A DNA stretch of 64,000 nucleotides, from contig OZ037767.1 in NCBI GenBank assembly GCA_964035545.1, forward strand, positions 124,001-188,000, read 5' to 3'. The translations under genes and the position numbers were made by a program. Under the pieces are notes generated by a model. That model did no database searches. It was not told the origin of the DNA and saw only the letters and a program-made list of their open reading frames with translations. Of the stretch, positions 33,701 to 41,920 are shown piece by piece. Positions within the stretch are counted from its first letter, which is position 1. Each line of letters starts with the position of its first letter. Source of the DNA: Bugula neritina. Lineage: Eukaryota; Animalia; Bryozoa.

Positions 33701-34168
33701 GGGGTGTGATAGGCCCCACCGTATCTGGCGCTATGGTGGATCTCTTTGGCTTTCCCTGGACCACAACAATAACTTCAGCTCTCTCTCTAGCCGGGGTATG
33801 TTGAGTCTTAGAGGAATACTTATAGTCTTAGTTCTAGAGGAATAGTGAATACTCAGTCTTAGTTCTAGAGGAATAGTGAATATACTTAGTCTTAGTTCTA
33901 GAGGAATAGTGAATACTCAGTCTTAGTTCTAGAGGAATATCTGTAGCCTCAGCTCCTATACTCTATTTTGTAGTTTTTGATGCTGTCAAGTTTTCTTGTG
34001 ATAATGAAGAGTACTAACACCCCACTAAGCACAGAAGATGACTGTGTAAAGGGCATGTCCTACACACCCCCACCCTCTTTATTGAGTAGACTCAGTCTAT
34101 ATTTCAGAAGGTCAACCAACAGTTACTTCAAAGTCTCCAATGTCCAACCCAGCCAGTCCTCAGGTTGA
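9734..34168 (+). CDS. MFS-type transporter, SLC18B1-like, 11 exons, ~566 aa
   Basis: Exons with GT-AG sites and consistent phases: 9734-10255, 10844-10917, 11585-11729, 12242-12310, 13329-13416, 13534(or 13528)-13673, 14019-14114, 17963-18066, 19047-19142, 33624-33795, 33974-34168 (1701 nt). MFS-type segments FPFFSKEATRKGLNQSEVGLVFSSF, GPMIGSAIYMLGGY, LAPSP, GGVIGPTVSGAMVDLFGFPW. Confidence 0.85.
10910..11077. repeat. 19-bp tandem repeat that copies the exon-2 donor site
   Basis: Unit TCATTTGG|GTAGGTGAAGG. Confidence 0.9.
11720..12225. repeat. 22-bp tandem repeat that copies the exon-3 donor site
   Basis: Unit TACTGTTACT|RTGAGTATATAG. Confidence 0.9.
12319..13360. repeat. 49-bp tandem repeat (21 copies) that copies the exon-5 acceptor and exon start
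   Basis: Unit TGTTTCAG|TTAGGAGGATATACTAGTGTATTCTGGGTAATATATAATAC; only the last copy runs on into exon 5. Confidence 0.95.
14346..17972. repeat. 44-bp minisatellite (~80 copies) that copies the exon-8 acceptor
   Basis: Unit TATATTGTAG|AACTATGTATATGTATATACTACATAGTAATGTA. Confidence 0.95.
18101..19030. repeat. 20-bp minisatellite (ATACTGTTGATATACTATCT)n
   Basis: Direct reading. Confidence 0.95.
19168..19615 (+). repeat. Left terminal inverted repeat (448 bp)
   Basis: Reverse complement of 32876-33323; two substitutions and no indels seen by eye. Confidence 0.95.
19628..20404 (-). CDS. Fibre/tail-fibre-like protein with ~40-aa repeats
   Basis: LDMGENKISRVIDPADDQDAATKKYVD neck/stalk-type motif followed by ~5 repeats of 40-41 aa; preceded by TAATAAATG. 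Confidence 0.7.
   Translation of the reverse strand: MSVYKFGGSGKTEINTKKFVLINGSSTLTGTLDMGENKISRVIDPADDQDAATKKYVDNTSMPKIRDPINQLTISTDDGRVIDSDLKVDNVVTKTNVSNYAVPLIQNPTEKLTVSTNDGRVIDSNLKVDDVVTKTNVSNYAVPLIRDPTEKLTVSTTSGNIADSSLSVSDVVTTSNINNFAMNKIQPIIGGKLLMLSSDGNIVETGINISDIITTYNIDNYAIPKLQNAIGNKLVLSTSNGNIIESTESQPTFPSYNV
20408..21166 (-). CDS. Genome-packaging ATPase (A32/FtsK-HerA type)
   Basis: Walker A GKSGCGKT, Walker B LIIFDD, RGRH arginine finger, YLSQNYF motif. Confidence 0.95.
   Translation of the reverse strand: MEIENLSWKNEINRNNNPLLPKSIRGLIVGKSGCGKTTLLCNLLLQPNWLDYDKLMIYGKNLSQPEYINMRKAFERKLTKEEILNFFKNSELIVNSGINVNRVLKNSRGNGNIDAEFIESSDDVYDPSELNANNKNLIIFDDLMLEKQKTCESYYVRGRHNNVDCFYLSQNYFKLPRSTIRENANFICLFPQDGKNLNHIYQDHVTGDIALNEFKEFCYKGWQKPHGFITLDLSSSKNNGRYRHGLDEFYIP
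21164..21181. promoter_or_regulatory. Perfect 18-bp palindrome CATTTATTATAATAAATG containing the start codons of the divergent ATPase and integrase genes
   Basis: Self-complementary; only 12 nt between the two ATGs. Confidence 0.75.
21179..22543 (+). CDS. int: Retroviral-type DDE integrase with N-terminal Zn-ribbon and parvovirus-like PLA2 domain, and a C-terminal chromodomain
   Basis: YCCKCK...CGQC; PGHNFLGPG...HDVCY...CD; DDE residues in WAADLVD, WVDKGKEF, VVERWNRT; YRIERVIKK...LVKWLGYPESQNSWV. Confidence 0.95.
   Translation: MYCCKCKTKTKTLNYEKRVSKNNRLMGYGNCGQCRCKKTTFVGSGLANNLINNLPFELHYPGHNFLGPGTKLNKRLNDDTTPKEWSKPVDRDDAIAMRHDVCYALNKDTKTRNEICDKNMLDELKAIPNPTPAEQRHSRFASAIIGAKKRLGWGWTDELAEELHKPVQKKFGKRRVWVSGIDNIWAADLVDMTEFAKFNNGYKYLLTVIDVFSKYGWIIPLKNKTGKAVALALKTILSSRKPQHLWVDKGKEFYNKDVKSLIDLYSTENEEKSSVVERWNRTMKERMFKYFSANNTYKYIDVLKDLVKRYNETKHSSIGMTPIEASDPSNENKVRVKLYPNLPAPSKPKFTIGDRVRIPRKKRTFEKGYTVRWTEEVFTISKILYTNPTTYKLTDSGGEEIQGFFYEQELQKTSQEMYRIERVIKKKGKKALVKWLGYPESQNSWVNLNVLERL
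22544..22676. repeat. 31-bp direct-repeat array of palindromic units (3 full + 2 partial)
   Basis: GACACAAA-CACA-TTTGTGTC core at 22546, 22577 and 22608; partial copies at 22639 and 22661. Confidence 0.9.
22684..23490 (+). CDS. Uncharacterised Polinton protein
   Basis: 268-aa ORF with ATAAATG start; C-terminal YLSSDPNALVERLQLLISSAKAGNTGVRNEIVSILDEL resembles a recurrent invertebrate Polinton ORF (from memory). Confidence 0.8.
   Translation: MSYLKINDPIKRDKTVQDFISQKNKIKEIFKREREQKLNAAIAQEKFFEPVTTSQAQTTDALKQLLTLPNYNVQPAITDGVINLDEFTQNALAGLEPGAYNVKWDGNRHVIGTKPISFNDGKIIFDNEEYSATRGLLSLLTRKTPIGYDDNDLANYANILDNSGAIYQSKHGPTDKNSDKWRRIVRPIWEQLYPQRAKLADSKKAKRQVGDGVVYLSSDPNALVERLQLLISSAKAGNTGVRNEIVSILDELLRMKIITRDYYKSILV
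23494..23817 (+). CDS. Small basic core protein, adenovirus pVI-like (putative membrane-lytic)
   Basis: AGGG followed by amphipathic GIFDIIKNVVTKIAS; basic KKRRQKK; directly upstream of the MCP gene. Confidence 0.6.
   Translation: MYVYDKRQRLQRHYAGGGIFDIIKNVVTKIASNSSVRELGKKAIAKAGTAAGEKIVNAIKKRRQKKLNAKSQAILQKLNQTKNILKVLNNNNNISNILEGSGQAIAY
23839..25120 (+). pseudogene. Double jelly-roll major capsid protein with a 1-nt frameshift (~426 aa if repaired)
   Basis: Polinton MCP motifs (PKYIIVGFQT, NPAVFDH, LNSERYP). Removing one A from 24928-24931 restores YKDLYVLFVIDVSKQSEALK...VPANTQAYALILSD...KVI*, with the stop (25118-25120) abutting the next ATG. Confidence 0.9.
25121..25879 (+). CDS. Minor capsid (penton, single jelly-roll) protein
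   Basis: LNPPIEL, YSFPNI, LPVGVYE, VIYSFFPSVSPGYKIIEKP, TDQKGNLLDLSGEQLSIRFHL; follows the MCP gene. Confidence 0.85.
   Translation: MENKLLREIADNTASKQTMTIGVTDTKTRIITQLNPPIELNKNKKYEMCLISLDMFYSFPNISTDRNSYRWSKDGGTTWHLVSLPVGVYELDQLEEAIQDEIVKEGGNRNGITLQANKVTFRIILKLKPNYRIDFNVENSLRDVLGFDAAIYNQPYIEATNIVNILNINAIHVQVDCINGSYIDGTYKPVIYSFFPSVSPGYKIIEKPHNLIYLPVHVKYIKTLTVTVTDQKGNLLDLSGEQLSIRFHLREV
25892..26461 (+). CDS. Core protein with adenovirus pX-like segment
   Basis: MSGG-FLGALLGIATRVIP resembles the pX (M/L)xGG-hydrophobic helix; three further GxGL motifs. Confidence 0.65.
   Translation: MGYCKIIGNVPQAQKQKIMNAYRSGKGCTIKLPLESGNDKLAITKTQNDNILKALNANKKNITLEMSPSLVKTNASMSGGFLGALLGIATRVIPTLLKTIIPGVLSGAASAGVERAIKGKGLYLKRGGCVCSVEPNSNGSITLKPVAPSNLMKGNGLYLKQGSSYINGEGLIFGPNSPFKNIPLLGMLL
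26481..26874 (+). CDS. Hypothetical Polinton protein; 90 aa as is, possibly frameshifted from a ~130-aa ORF
   Basis: ATAAATG start. Removing one A in the run at 26727-26731 extends the frame (KIKIKTIYKTKEIIQELNVG...RRNIL*) to 26874 and fills an otherwise empty gap. Confidence 0.55.
26950..26976. terminator. AT-only hairpin (13-bp arms) between convergent transcription units
   Basis: TTAATTAATTATA-A-TATAATTAATTAA; overlaps the stop of the minus-strand gene. Confidence 0.5.
26973..27452 (-). pseudogene. Two-TM membrane protein (SLATT-like layout), 159 codons, premature TGA at codon 4
   Basis: TTATATAAATG at 27452 is in frame with the listed 26973-27350 ORF: MDF*REKLELLNDE..., two hydrophobic helices, then SKSLSDAHIDDQEY. 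Confidence 0.7.
27462..27469 (+). promoter_or_regulatory. AAAATTGA motif, candidate early promoter
   Basis: Within AAAAATTGATTTT, 26 nt before ATG 27496. Confidence 0.55.
27496..27732 (+). CDS. Small hypothetical protein (78 aa, MEFTNELLDK...)
   Basis: First ATG of the listed 27265-27732 frame; the upstream part of that frame is antisense to the 2-TM gene. Confidence 0.65.
   Translation: MEFTNELLDKLIAQAKQKKYIPLPEHTFMRLTDYYTLKINSVSNEDRDKLFKHFNKNLTSRRKVTKLKAQINKILEDI
27732..27739 (+). promoter_or_regulatory. AAAATTGA motif, candidate early promoter of pPolB
   Basis: Within AAAAATTGATTTT, 27 nt before ATG 27767. Confidence 0.55.
27767..31423 (+). CDS. polB: Protein-primed family B DNA polymerase (1218 aa)
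   Basis: Exo I YADFE, Exo II HNLSGYD, Exo III YMKADV, Pol A YLDANNLYG, Pol B KLMNYSVFGK, Pol C FTDTDS. N-terminal Rho-N/HEH-like helix pair, vOTU-like NDNKCF...SHY, Zn finger, endonuclease VII-like CHIC...DHCH...HSNCN. Confidence 0.98.
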   Translation: MEFNTKITVKALKALAKERELKRYSRLRKAELIRLLSPMDEPVPNIGQAPLIPTPVKKIMREIFTQTTRNIEKWVKGIIKPIAKIVNPIKDKIMALYNQPKLKEQAANGWFQTYEIKGLPKYDIDSFSKLVKLNVLKLLKPTIKTKIILTCEMEKTNINTGETELLITAFSSRIETILESTNINEIYNVMIERIKENLASFNSKGSNWIFNAIIKMEINISKYQPLKGSSYIDLPKIIKDKKAIINPKNNDNKCFMWAILAALYPAKNHSNRISNYKEHVNKVSWEGVEFPATTKSIDPFEKANPNIGVTVFAWNGNSVYPWRQSSKRSKTIVLFLITNEEKSHYTCVKNLSKLLSLQINSDGHVKQFCLNCTQAFKTEKSLKKHQEWCLANDGVAMTFPKLENKIKFNFEHYCRKMRVPFAVYADFECFTKPIQGCQPNNRESYTNQYQQHEPSGFGYYIVSVIGECKYRSYTKQCEDENVGEQFIRLLEFDIKNLYKKYKFPKRMKISASEQESFELAKICHICEKKLSDDRVRDHCHLTGNYRGAAHSNCNLNYKVPKFYPVFIHNLSGYDAHLFIKNLSGKISCIPNTEEKYISFSERVVVDEFTNKEGKKVEVTRELKFIDTFKFMSSSLANLVVNLNRDDFKHLKKYYAEKELNLLFRKGVFPYDYFNNVSVLNETSLPSKEKFYSSLIEKDISNEDYAHAQNVWREFNMKTFREYHDLYMKADVLQLADVFENFRNVCLEHYKLDPAWYYTAPGLSWDAMLKTTKLELDPITDVEQLLFFEKGIRGGVSMISHRYAKANNKYMENYNANEPSSYITYLDANNLYGWAMSQNLPVGNFKWMTEKRCRDLEKSLNFPPSFLEVDLEYSKELHNFHKDYPFCPERLTVNKVEKLIPNLNNKRNYVIHYEALKQCLMYGLKLTKIHRGITFNESNKLKEYISLNTELRTLAKSDFKKDFFKLMNYSVFGKTMENIRNRVNIKLVTSESKAKKLTNQPNFKSFTIFSENLIAVHMNVTELKFNKPVYLGAAILDISKTKMYDFHYGYIKPKYNANAQLLFTDTDSLMYHVQTEDFYVDIAPDVASTFDTSNYPENHSLPTGKNKKVIGMFKDEAGGKQITEFVGLRAKLYSYKMDGIEEKNCKGINKTTCNNRITFDDYKECLLTRQDQLRTMNVLRSHKHTMYAETVNKVALSSEDDKRIILEDGITTVPYGYNK
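31420..31821 (+). CDS. Adenain-like cysteine maturation protease
   Basis: GTHWVA, YFDSFG, RVQ, ICEHLC give the H/D/Q/C catalytic residues. Confidence 0.93.
   Translation: MSIKLPNKALSNIELEFAIKKLKIPNFRGVFSRNDLPYKPRKKECGILNLDDLMGNGTHWVAWYKNGNKKYYFDSFGLHPPLEIMKYLKPPIFYNTERVQEFGTVICEHLCLYWLKEMFTHETPQLIINKLLL
31822..32343 (+). CDS. Hypothetical beta-rich protein, paralogue 1
   Basis: ATAAATG start; colinear with 32340-32864 (FYYY, QFYGEQ, LYWTDK, YPSHKP, ILTDTP, PFHYV, KLYYN). Confidence 0.85.
   Translation: MSSVYIFGNSAKANIINEKPYITKIIIPSNFYYYDDIGFNATLIKDFLVDEPIEITNILVQFYGEQAHNTKKLYWTDKRVTLSLRNSGEMFSRNNENTSYDISGNEHDLPFSEINANKIIEANKNFSLSITLSKTYPSHKPSNVILTDTPASEITAAALPFHYVLVKLYYNYK
32340..32864 (+). 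CDS. Hypothetical beta-rich protein, paralogue 2
   Basis: ATGA overlap with paralogue 1; same shared motifs. Confidence 0.85.
   Translation: MNIYKFSKVDITTNKAFISGIINFNEFYYYENINSFTVDLINDYLVDKPIKITHALIQFYGEQMSHQNTEALYWTDKKLGLHIRNSVNPFDESKENLFYTISGAEHNVPYSKININKTVNANNSFSFTIALSSDYPSHKPDNIILTDTPNIRFPAVAIPFHYVYFKLYYNSITN
32876..33323 (-). repeat. Right terminal inverted repeat (448 bp)
   Basis: Reverse complement of 19168-19615. Confidence 0.95.
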
Positions 34169-35019
34169 CCTTGACATAGTAGAGTTGGTTAGTCGAGAGA
34201 CAAGACAGAATGAGAGTAGAACCTTCCATCTTATAAATGTTGAACTGCAGCAAAAGTCAGCATGATTTATTAATAAGATATATTCATTTTGACAGTTGTC
34301 AAATAAGTAATATTTATACACTTTTGTGTAAAATGTTTACCACAATAAATCAGCCATAAGAAGTTAAATATATAAGGATAAAACTATTTCTAATACACAG
34401 TTTGCACACAGATTCTGCCTGTTACTGTAATAAGCGAGACGCAGTGCGACTATACAATGTTACTGGTACATGTACTATCATCGTCACAAGACTTGAAGAG
34501 AGAGCGTAACTCCAGCAGGTAGATAGAGCTGTAAGGTTAAAGGTCATCACTCACCCACCTGTTCAGGTGTTCACATTGATATTATCCAACCTGTAGCTGT
34601 CTCACCAATCAGTCATGTGGAGGCTTGAGAGACTAAAAACAACTTAGAATTTACCTAGCTGTTGGCAAGAAAAATTGGAATGTTTTCATAAAAATGGGAT
34701 TTTTTAACAGTCTTAGAATTATTATATGCCTATAGATCCTAAATTCTAAAACAATATATAATTTCTAGCAAAACAAAACAGCAGAACTATATGCATGGTA
34801 TAATATAGAGCATACTATTATAAATTTTAATACTATACTATTATATATATGATAATATATCACAATATGCTAGAATATACTATAATATAATATAACATTA
34901 TTTTTACTTACTGCCAGGGGAAGAAAGTTTTGTCACGCGATCATCCAATTCTGTAAAATATACAGTATATACTATAAAAACTCACGCAAGTTTAGAGTCG
35001 CTATTCCTGTGAGAAACCC

Positions 35020-35184
35020 CTGATAGAAAGGGTTTTTGTTAGAACGGGCTAAGGACATGTTCAAATGAGGCACAGGAGCAATTATGACTGGATGCTCTTC
35101 CTAACATCACCAATGGCCTTTGTCGGGGTTTGAACCCACAACTTCAAGGTCACAAAGCAAACGCTCTAACCCCTAGACCACGGC
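35020..35184 (-). mobile_element. tRNA-derived SINE-like fragment
   Basis: Minus strand begins GCCGTGGTCTAGGGGTTAGAGCG...GGTTCAAACCCCG (A and B boxes) without a full cloverleaf; 3' boundary approximate. Confidence 0.55.
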
Positions 35185-35325
35185 TATATACTATATACTC
35201 CGTATACTATATATACTATATACTCACTATATACTATATACGGTACTCACTATAATATACTATATACTCACTATATAGCCTACTATATGCTATATATTCT
35301 ATACTATATACTATACTATACTATA

Positions 35326-36640
35326 GGGGTAACGGGGGCACAACGGTCATAGGGGTACAAAAAGCCGGCCAAATTGTGAGAGAACTTATTGACTTAGAGT
35401 TGTGATTTTTTTTCATAAAAAGATATTAGCATAAATATTAAGCCATTGTAGTTTCAACACTTGCGGAACATAAATGTTGAAAAGGCGAGTAAAAAGCTGT
35501 TTTTACCTACTTTTTGCAATTTTTTGAAGATGTCGTTAAAGCTTTATAACTTTTTACACTCAAAGGCAACAAGCTTAGATTTTACTAATATTGTTGCCAT
35601 TGCTTGTCACTACATTTTGCTTAACTAGTATAACAACAAACTCTAAAATAATATTTCCTTGAGGTACATTTATTTTCAATTTGGCAACACGGGGTACAAT
35701 GGGCCACCCGATTATTGCACCCTGATCACTGTTATTAGTTTGTTTGCCCAAAAAGCTGGTTGAAATGTTACTAAAATCTATAGATATAGCCATTTTAATC
35801 GTTTTGTAAAATATCAAAGACATCATGGTAAGACTACAAAACGACAAGGTAAAGCTCCCTTAATATATACATCTGGTGAGATTAAAGCTTTGCCATTTTA
35901 TACATCATACAAAACACTCTACTGTTGCTACTAGTAGATTCATGATATTCACTATAATATATTGTATCATTGAGGGAATATACAACATGTATTTCACTAA
36001 AATAAATTGTGATATGCTCATTTGCTCCCTCCCCCTCCCCCTTCCGTACTCCAGCCCCAAACCGAAGCCATGCACCTTAGCTACAGTTCATAGAAAAAAG
36101 TCCACTCGGAATTTTGTAGTATACCATGTTACTAAAGTTTTTTTCTGATAAAAGTTCTTCTGAAGTGAAAATAAAAAAACATTTTCAGTTCTAAACAGTA
36201 ATGATAATGGCACTGTAAAACTGAGTGATTTGCGTTTGGTTTTGCCTTCTTCTGCTATCCGTGGTGGCACAAACTTTACAGCTAAAACATGAATTTTGCT
36301 GTAGATCTGAAAGAATATGTTTATTCATTTGTAATATTAAACAAATAAGATCAGATGCAAAAAAATCTGCAAAATTTCAATATATTTGTTGTGTCCCACC
36401 CAGTGACCCATTGTACCCCGGTACCGGGGTACAATGGGCCGATATTTTCGTCATGAAAATTTCATTATTCTTAAAGTTGTGAGAGAGATAGAAACAACAA
36501 ACTGATACCTGTAATATACAACAGATGTAGCATTAAGACTACAGATTATTGAACTAGTAACTTAAAAAACAGACGAATGAGAGCAAAAGAAGCTAAATTC
36601 TGCCCGTTTTGCCCCCCCCCCCCCCCCCCCCCGTTGCCCC
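35326..36640 (+). mobile_element. Non-autonomous TA-targeting DNA transposon (Tc1/mariner-pogo-like), copy 1
   Basis: TA|GGGGTAACGGGGGCACAACGG ... CCGTTGCCCC|TA; homologous over its full length to 37589-38905 in the opposite orientation. Confidence 0.85.
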
Positions 36641-36730
36641 TACTACACTATATACTATATAATTACTATATTATACTATATATGTATATACTGTATACTA
36701 TGTACTTTATATTATATACTCACTATATAC

Positions 36731-37196
36731 CAGGGTGGGGGTAATTGTAATTGTAATTGGTTGTGATTAATTACATTTTTTCAAGTGATTGAATGTAATT
36801 TGTAATTGATGTATAAAAATGTAATTGTAATTAATTACATTGCTAATGTAATTAAATTTTACAAGTATTTATAATTACATAACAATAACTTTAAATTTTT
36901 AAATCTTATAAAGTTTATATTTTCTCACTTTGCCTACTGTTTAATAAGAGGTTCAGATAATTTAATGTCGTATTTATCACCCTATTCGTTACTGTTGAGA
37001 AGAAGAAAGGTTTTCAGTTGTCAAAATTGCTCCTGGTAGTTGGACCCTAGAGATTGTATAACTTTTATTTGTCTCTTGTGAAAACAAAAGTAATTGTAAT
37101 TAATTACATTTATTTCAACTGTAATTATAATTGTAATTGACAAATTCTAATGTAATTGTAATTAATTACATTCATATGTAGTTGACCCCAACCCTG
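36731..37196. mobile_element. hAT-type MITE
   Basis: CAGGGT..ACCCTG ends, 8-bp TSD CTATATAC (36723-36730, 37197-37204), subterminal TGTAATT repeats. Confidence 0.85.
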
Positions 37197-37588
37197 CTAT
37201 ATACTATATACAGATATTCTCTATTATATAGTATACACTATACACCATGTATACTGTATACTATATACTGTGTACTATATACTGTGTATTGTATACATGT
37301 CTCTCCTACCTTCATACGAAACTCTCAGCTCAGCGCAGCTCTTTGATACAGTTCCGTCAACTGCAATTAGTTCAACACTAAATACAATCATATTATGATA
37401 CACTAAATACAGTCATATTATGATACACTAAATACAGTCACATGATACACTAAATACAGTCACATGATACACTAAATACAGTCACATGATATACTAAATA
37501 CAGTCACATGATATACTAAATACAGTCACATGATACCCTAAATACAGTCACATGATATACTAAATACAGTCACATGATACACTAAATA

Positions 37589-38905
37589 GGGGTAACGGGG
37601 GCACAACGGGCCGAATTTTGCATTTGTTGCTCTCATTTGTCTGTTTTTCAAGTTTCTAGTTCAATAATCTCTAGTCTTAATGCTGCATCTGTTGTCTATT
37701 ACAGGTACCAGTTTGTTGTTTCTATCTCTTTCACAACTTTCAGAATAATGAAATTTTCATGACGAAAAAATTGGCCCATTGTGCCCCGGTACCGGGGTAC
37801 AATGGGCCACTGGGTGGGACACAACAAATATATTGAAATTTTGCGTATTTTGTTACATATGATCATTATTTATTTAATATTACAAATAAATAAAGATACT
37901 CTTTCAGATCTACAGCAAAATTTGTGTTTTAGCTGTACAGTTTGTGCCACTACGGATAGCAGAGGAAGGCAAAATCAAACGCACGTCACTCGGTTCTGCA
38001 GTGCCTTTATCATTACTGTTTAGAACTAAATATGTTCTGTTATTTTCACCTCAGAGGAACGTTCATTTAAAAAATTCTTTAGTATCATGTACTACAAAAT
38101 TCCAAGTGGACTTTTTTCTATGAACTGTAGCTAAGGTGCATGCATGGCGGAGGTTTGTGACTGGAGTACGAAAGGGAGAGGGGGGAGCAAATGAGCAATT
38201 CACAATTTATTTTAGCCAAGTACATGTATATTCCCCTCAATTGTGTAATATATAATGATTATCATGACTATCTACTAGTAGCAGCAGCAGAGTGTTTTGT
38301 ATTATGTATAAAATGGCAAAGCTTTAACCTCACCAGATGTATATATTAGGGGAGCTTCAACTTGTACTTTTTTAGTCTTACCATGATGTCTGATATTTTA
38401 CAAAAAGGTCAGAAATGGCTATATCTATAGATTTTAGCAACATTTCAACCAACTTTTTTGGCAAACAAACTAATAACGGTGATCAGGGTGCAATAATCAA
38501 GTGGCCCATTGTGCCCCGGTCAGCGTGGCCCATTGTGCCCCGTGTGGCCAAATTGAAAATAAATGTGCCTCAAGGAAAATTTATTTCAGTTTTTGCTGTT
38601 ATACTAGTTAAGCAATGTAGAGACAAGCAATGGCAACAATACTGGTAAAATATAGGTTTCTTGCCTTTGGGTGTAAAAAGTTATAAAGCTTTAACGACAT
38701 CCTAGAAAATTTACAAAAAGTAGGTAAAAACAGTTTTTTACTCGCCTTTTCAACATTTATGTTCCGCAAGTGATGAAACTACAAAGACTGAAAAATTATG
38801 TCAATATCTTTTTATGAAAAAAAATCCACAACTCTAAGTCAATAAGTTCTCTCACAATTTGGCCGGCTTTTTGTACCCCTATGACCGTTGTGCCCCCGTT
38901 ACCCC
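37589..38905 (-). mobile_element. Non-autonomous TA-targeting DNA transposon, copy 2
   Basis: 21-bp TIR GGGGTAACGGGGGCACAACGG; TA TSD shown by the interrupted host repeat ACTAAA-TA-CAGTCAC. Confidence 0.9.
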
Positions 38906-39119
38906 TACAGTCACACTGCTCCGGTTGTTCAAAACTGACAGTTGCCTTCCCCAGCCAATTTTGGCCAATCAAACAAATCCCTTTGTGACGTCACTTACTT
39001 TGTTGAACTATTTTTTCCAGTTTATTGTACAGCCTTTTCACCTGCGTCTTTAAGACTGCAAATACATTACCATAACATGATTTAGGTATTATACTATATC
39101 AACATAACATAATACTATA

Positions 39120-39695
39120 TAATTACTATATACTTACTGTATATACTTACTATATACTTACTATATACTTACTATACACTTACTATATACTTACTATATA
39201 CTTACTATATGCTTACTATATACTTACTATATACTTACTATATACTTACTATATACTTACTATATACTTACTATACACTTACTATATACTTACTATATGC
39301 TTACTATATGCTTACTATATACTTACTATATGCTTACTATATGCTTACTATATACTTACTATATACTTACTATATACTTACTATATACTTACTATATACT
39401 TACTATATACTTACCATATACTTACTATATACTTACTATGCACTTACTATATACTTACTATATAATTACTATATACTTACTGTATATACTTACTATATAC
39501 TTACTATATTTACTATGTACTTACTATATACCTACTATATACTTACTATACACTTACTATATACTTACTATATACTTACTATATGCTTACTATATACTTA
39601 CTATATGCTTACTATATACTTACTATATACTTACTATATAATTACTATATACTTACTATATAGCGTACTTACTATATATTTACTATATACCTACT
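39120..39695. repeat. 12-bp tandem repeat (TACTTACTATAT-like)
   Basis: Direct reading. Confidence 0.9.
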
Positions 39696-41693
39696 AATAG
39701 CCTATAGTTTAAGGATTTTCATTACCTAGTGTTAGGGAGTTGAGAAAGGCTCCCTTCCTTAACTTCTGCAGTTGTTGTTGGAGTTTCTTGTTTCTTTCTT
39801 TTGCTCTTCCTGCATGGATATATTAGTGCATACCAATCAAACTCAGGAGTTGTCTCAACTACATAAGAGCAAACAACTCTTCAAAACACACTACACTTAT
39901 TATTAATCATGTGGACAGTCATTTTATTTGTTTACAAACCTAAATGATCGCCTCAAGTTTCCAAATATTTTATCCAGCTTAGAAGAGCTGCATACTTTCT
40001 TATCTTTAATCTCCCTGTAACCAAAGTAACATCATCAGCTGTTTTTTCATATGACAAGATTTTCCAGTCACTTCATTTCAAACATGTGGCAATTTTCAAG
40101 CTTCATTAAAGCAATTCAGATAATATAATAGCTATTGGGGTATTCTGTGCATCAACCCACGCATTACATAGCGTTGTAAAGGCTTTCTAAATTATTGTCT
40201 ATATCAACAGCTCGTTAATGCTCAGCTCTACAAATACGTATGTCTTCCATGTTGTACTTTGAAAATTCAAATAGTGTTTATGACGAGCACTTGCAATGAA
40301 AGCAATATTTCACTATTACTATTACAGCAGTTTATTATTATAATATACTGAATATAGTCTGCCACTCACCATCACTCTGACTACTCAGTTATAATTCTCA
40401 CATACTAACTCATTGAGTACTGCAACAGTATAATATTATGTTACCAAATGTATCTAGTATTACATTATACCTTTTATATTGACTACAAATACTAATAAGG
40501 TATGATATGCCAGTACACTCACTTGTCAGTTGAACAGCGCTGCGGTAGCTCCTGATTCTGTGTCTCACCACTTCTAGCGTAGTTGTCTTTCATGTTCTCT
40601 GGTTTTGTCAGCTTATCAGCATCAGATGAACTTACTACTGCCACATCATTCGATGCTGCCGACCTTGCTCTCGTTGCTGCCGACCTTGCTCTCGTTGCTG
40701 CTACCCTTGCTCTCGTTGCTGATGTGTTTGCAGTTGGTAGGACTGAGCTCTTGTGTCTTTCTTCACTCTTTTTGTTAGACTGTCGTTTTTGAGACATTTT
40801 TTGGTTGATGCTAGATTTCCTTACCTATACAAAGTGTACTTACACTACTATACTTACACTACTATACTTACACTACTATACTTACACTACTACACTTACA
40901 CTACTATACTTACACTACTACACTTACACTACTATACTTACACTACATATACTTACACTACTGCATATACTTACACTACTATATATACTTACACTATACT
41001 ATATATACTTACACTATACTTACACTACTATACTTGCACTACTATACTTACACTACTATATATACTTACACTACATATACTTACACTACTATGTTTACAC
41101 TACTATACTTATTACTTACACTACTATACTTATTACTTACACTACTATACTTGCACTACTATACCTACACTGCCATACTCACAATACATATACCTACACT
41201 ACGTACATGTATACTTTGGTACGTTGTATAGTAAGTATAGTGTGAAATAGTAAGTACATATACTGAGTAGGAACTTGGTTTGGTGTAGTAATTGTACTGA
41301 GTTAAAAGATTAATTGAGTATTATTTAAGTATACTGAGTAAAAAGACTTGAATATCCCTTGAAATGACACTTAAAACTTAGGTTCACAAGTAACAGCTTC
41401 AATCTACTATAGATAGGAATATTCTATTTTCACTATTACATATTACTATAATTTCACTATGTTATATTTCACTCTAATTTAACTATTATATAATATTATA
41501 ATTTCACTATTAAATAATGCTTCAACTTCAGCATTGCATGGCAATTCTATGCCTTCACCATTGTATAGAATATTGTAGTGACCTGCAAAGAAAAGACAGC
41601 CATGGAATATTATACTAAAGTAATCATCAAGTAGCTATATGGTGTAACACGAGATGAATAAATTCTTCTGTACAAGCCATAAACCTCAGGCTA

Positions 41694-41920
41694 ACCTGGA
41701 GATGGTGTGAAGTTACATTATATGTAGAGTAAGTGCTTACACCTTATATTCTAACCTGGAGATGGTGTGAAGTTACATTATATGTAGAGTAAGTGCTTAC
41801 ACCTTATATTCTAACCTGGAGATGGTGTGAAGTTACATTATATGTAGAGTAAGTGCTTACACCTTATATTCTAACCTGGAGATGGTGTGAAGTTACATTA
41901 TATGTAGAGTAAGTGCTCTC
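41694..41920. repeat. 60-bp tandem repeat (~3.8 copies)
   Basis: Identical sequence lines at 41701, 41761 and 41821. Confidence 0.95.

Larger units (their letters stand above)
37310..40797 (-). other. Possible spliced minus-strand gene of unknown product
   Basis: Exon-like blocks with AG/GT ends near 40523-40797, 39940-40015, 39726-39810, 38999-39055 and 37310-37360; three join into a coiled-coil-like frame, but I could not build one continuous ORF. Confidence 0.3.

Noticed and set aside
35100-35184. Functional tRNA gene
   Set aside because: A and B boxes present but acceptor stem incomplete and followed by SINE-like body
35575-38648. Transposase in the 1.3-kb elements
   Set aside because: Only short ORFs with no DDE motif; shared ORFs just reflect the two copies
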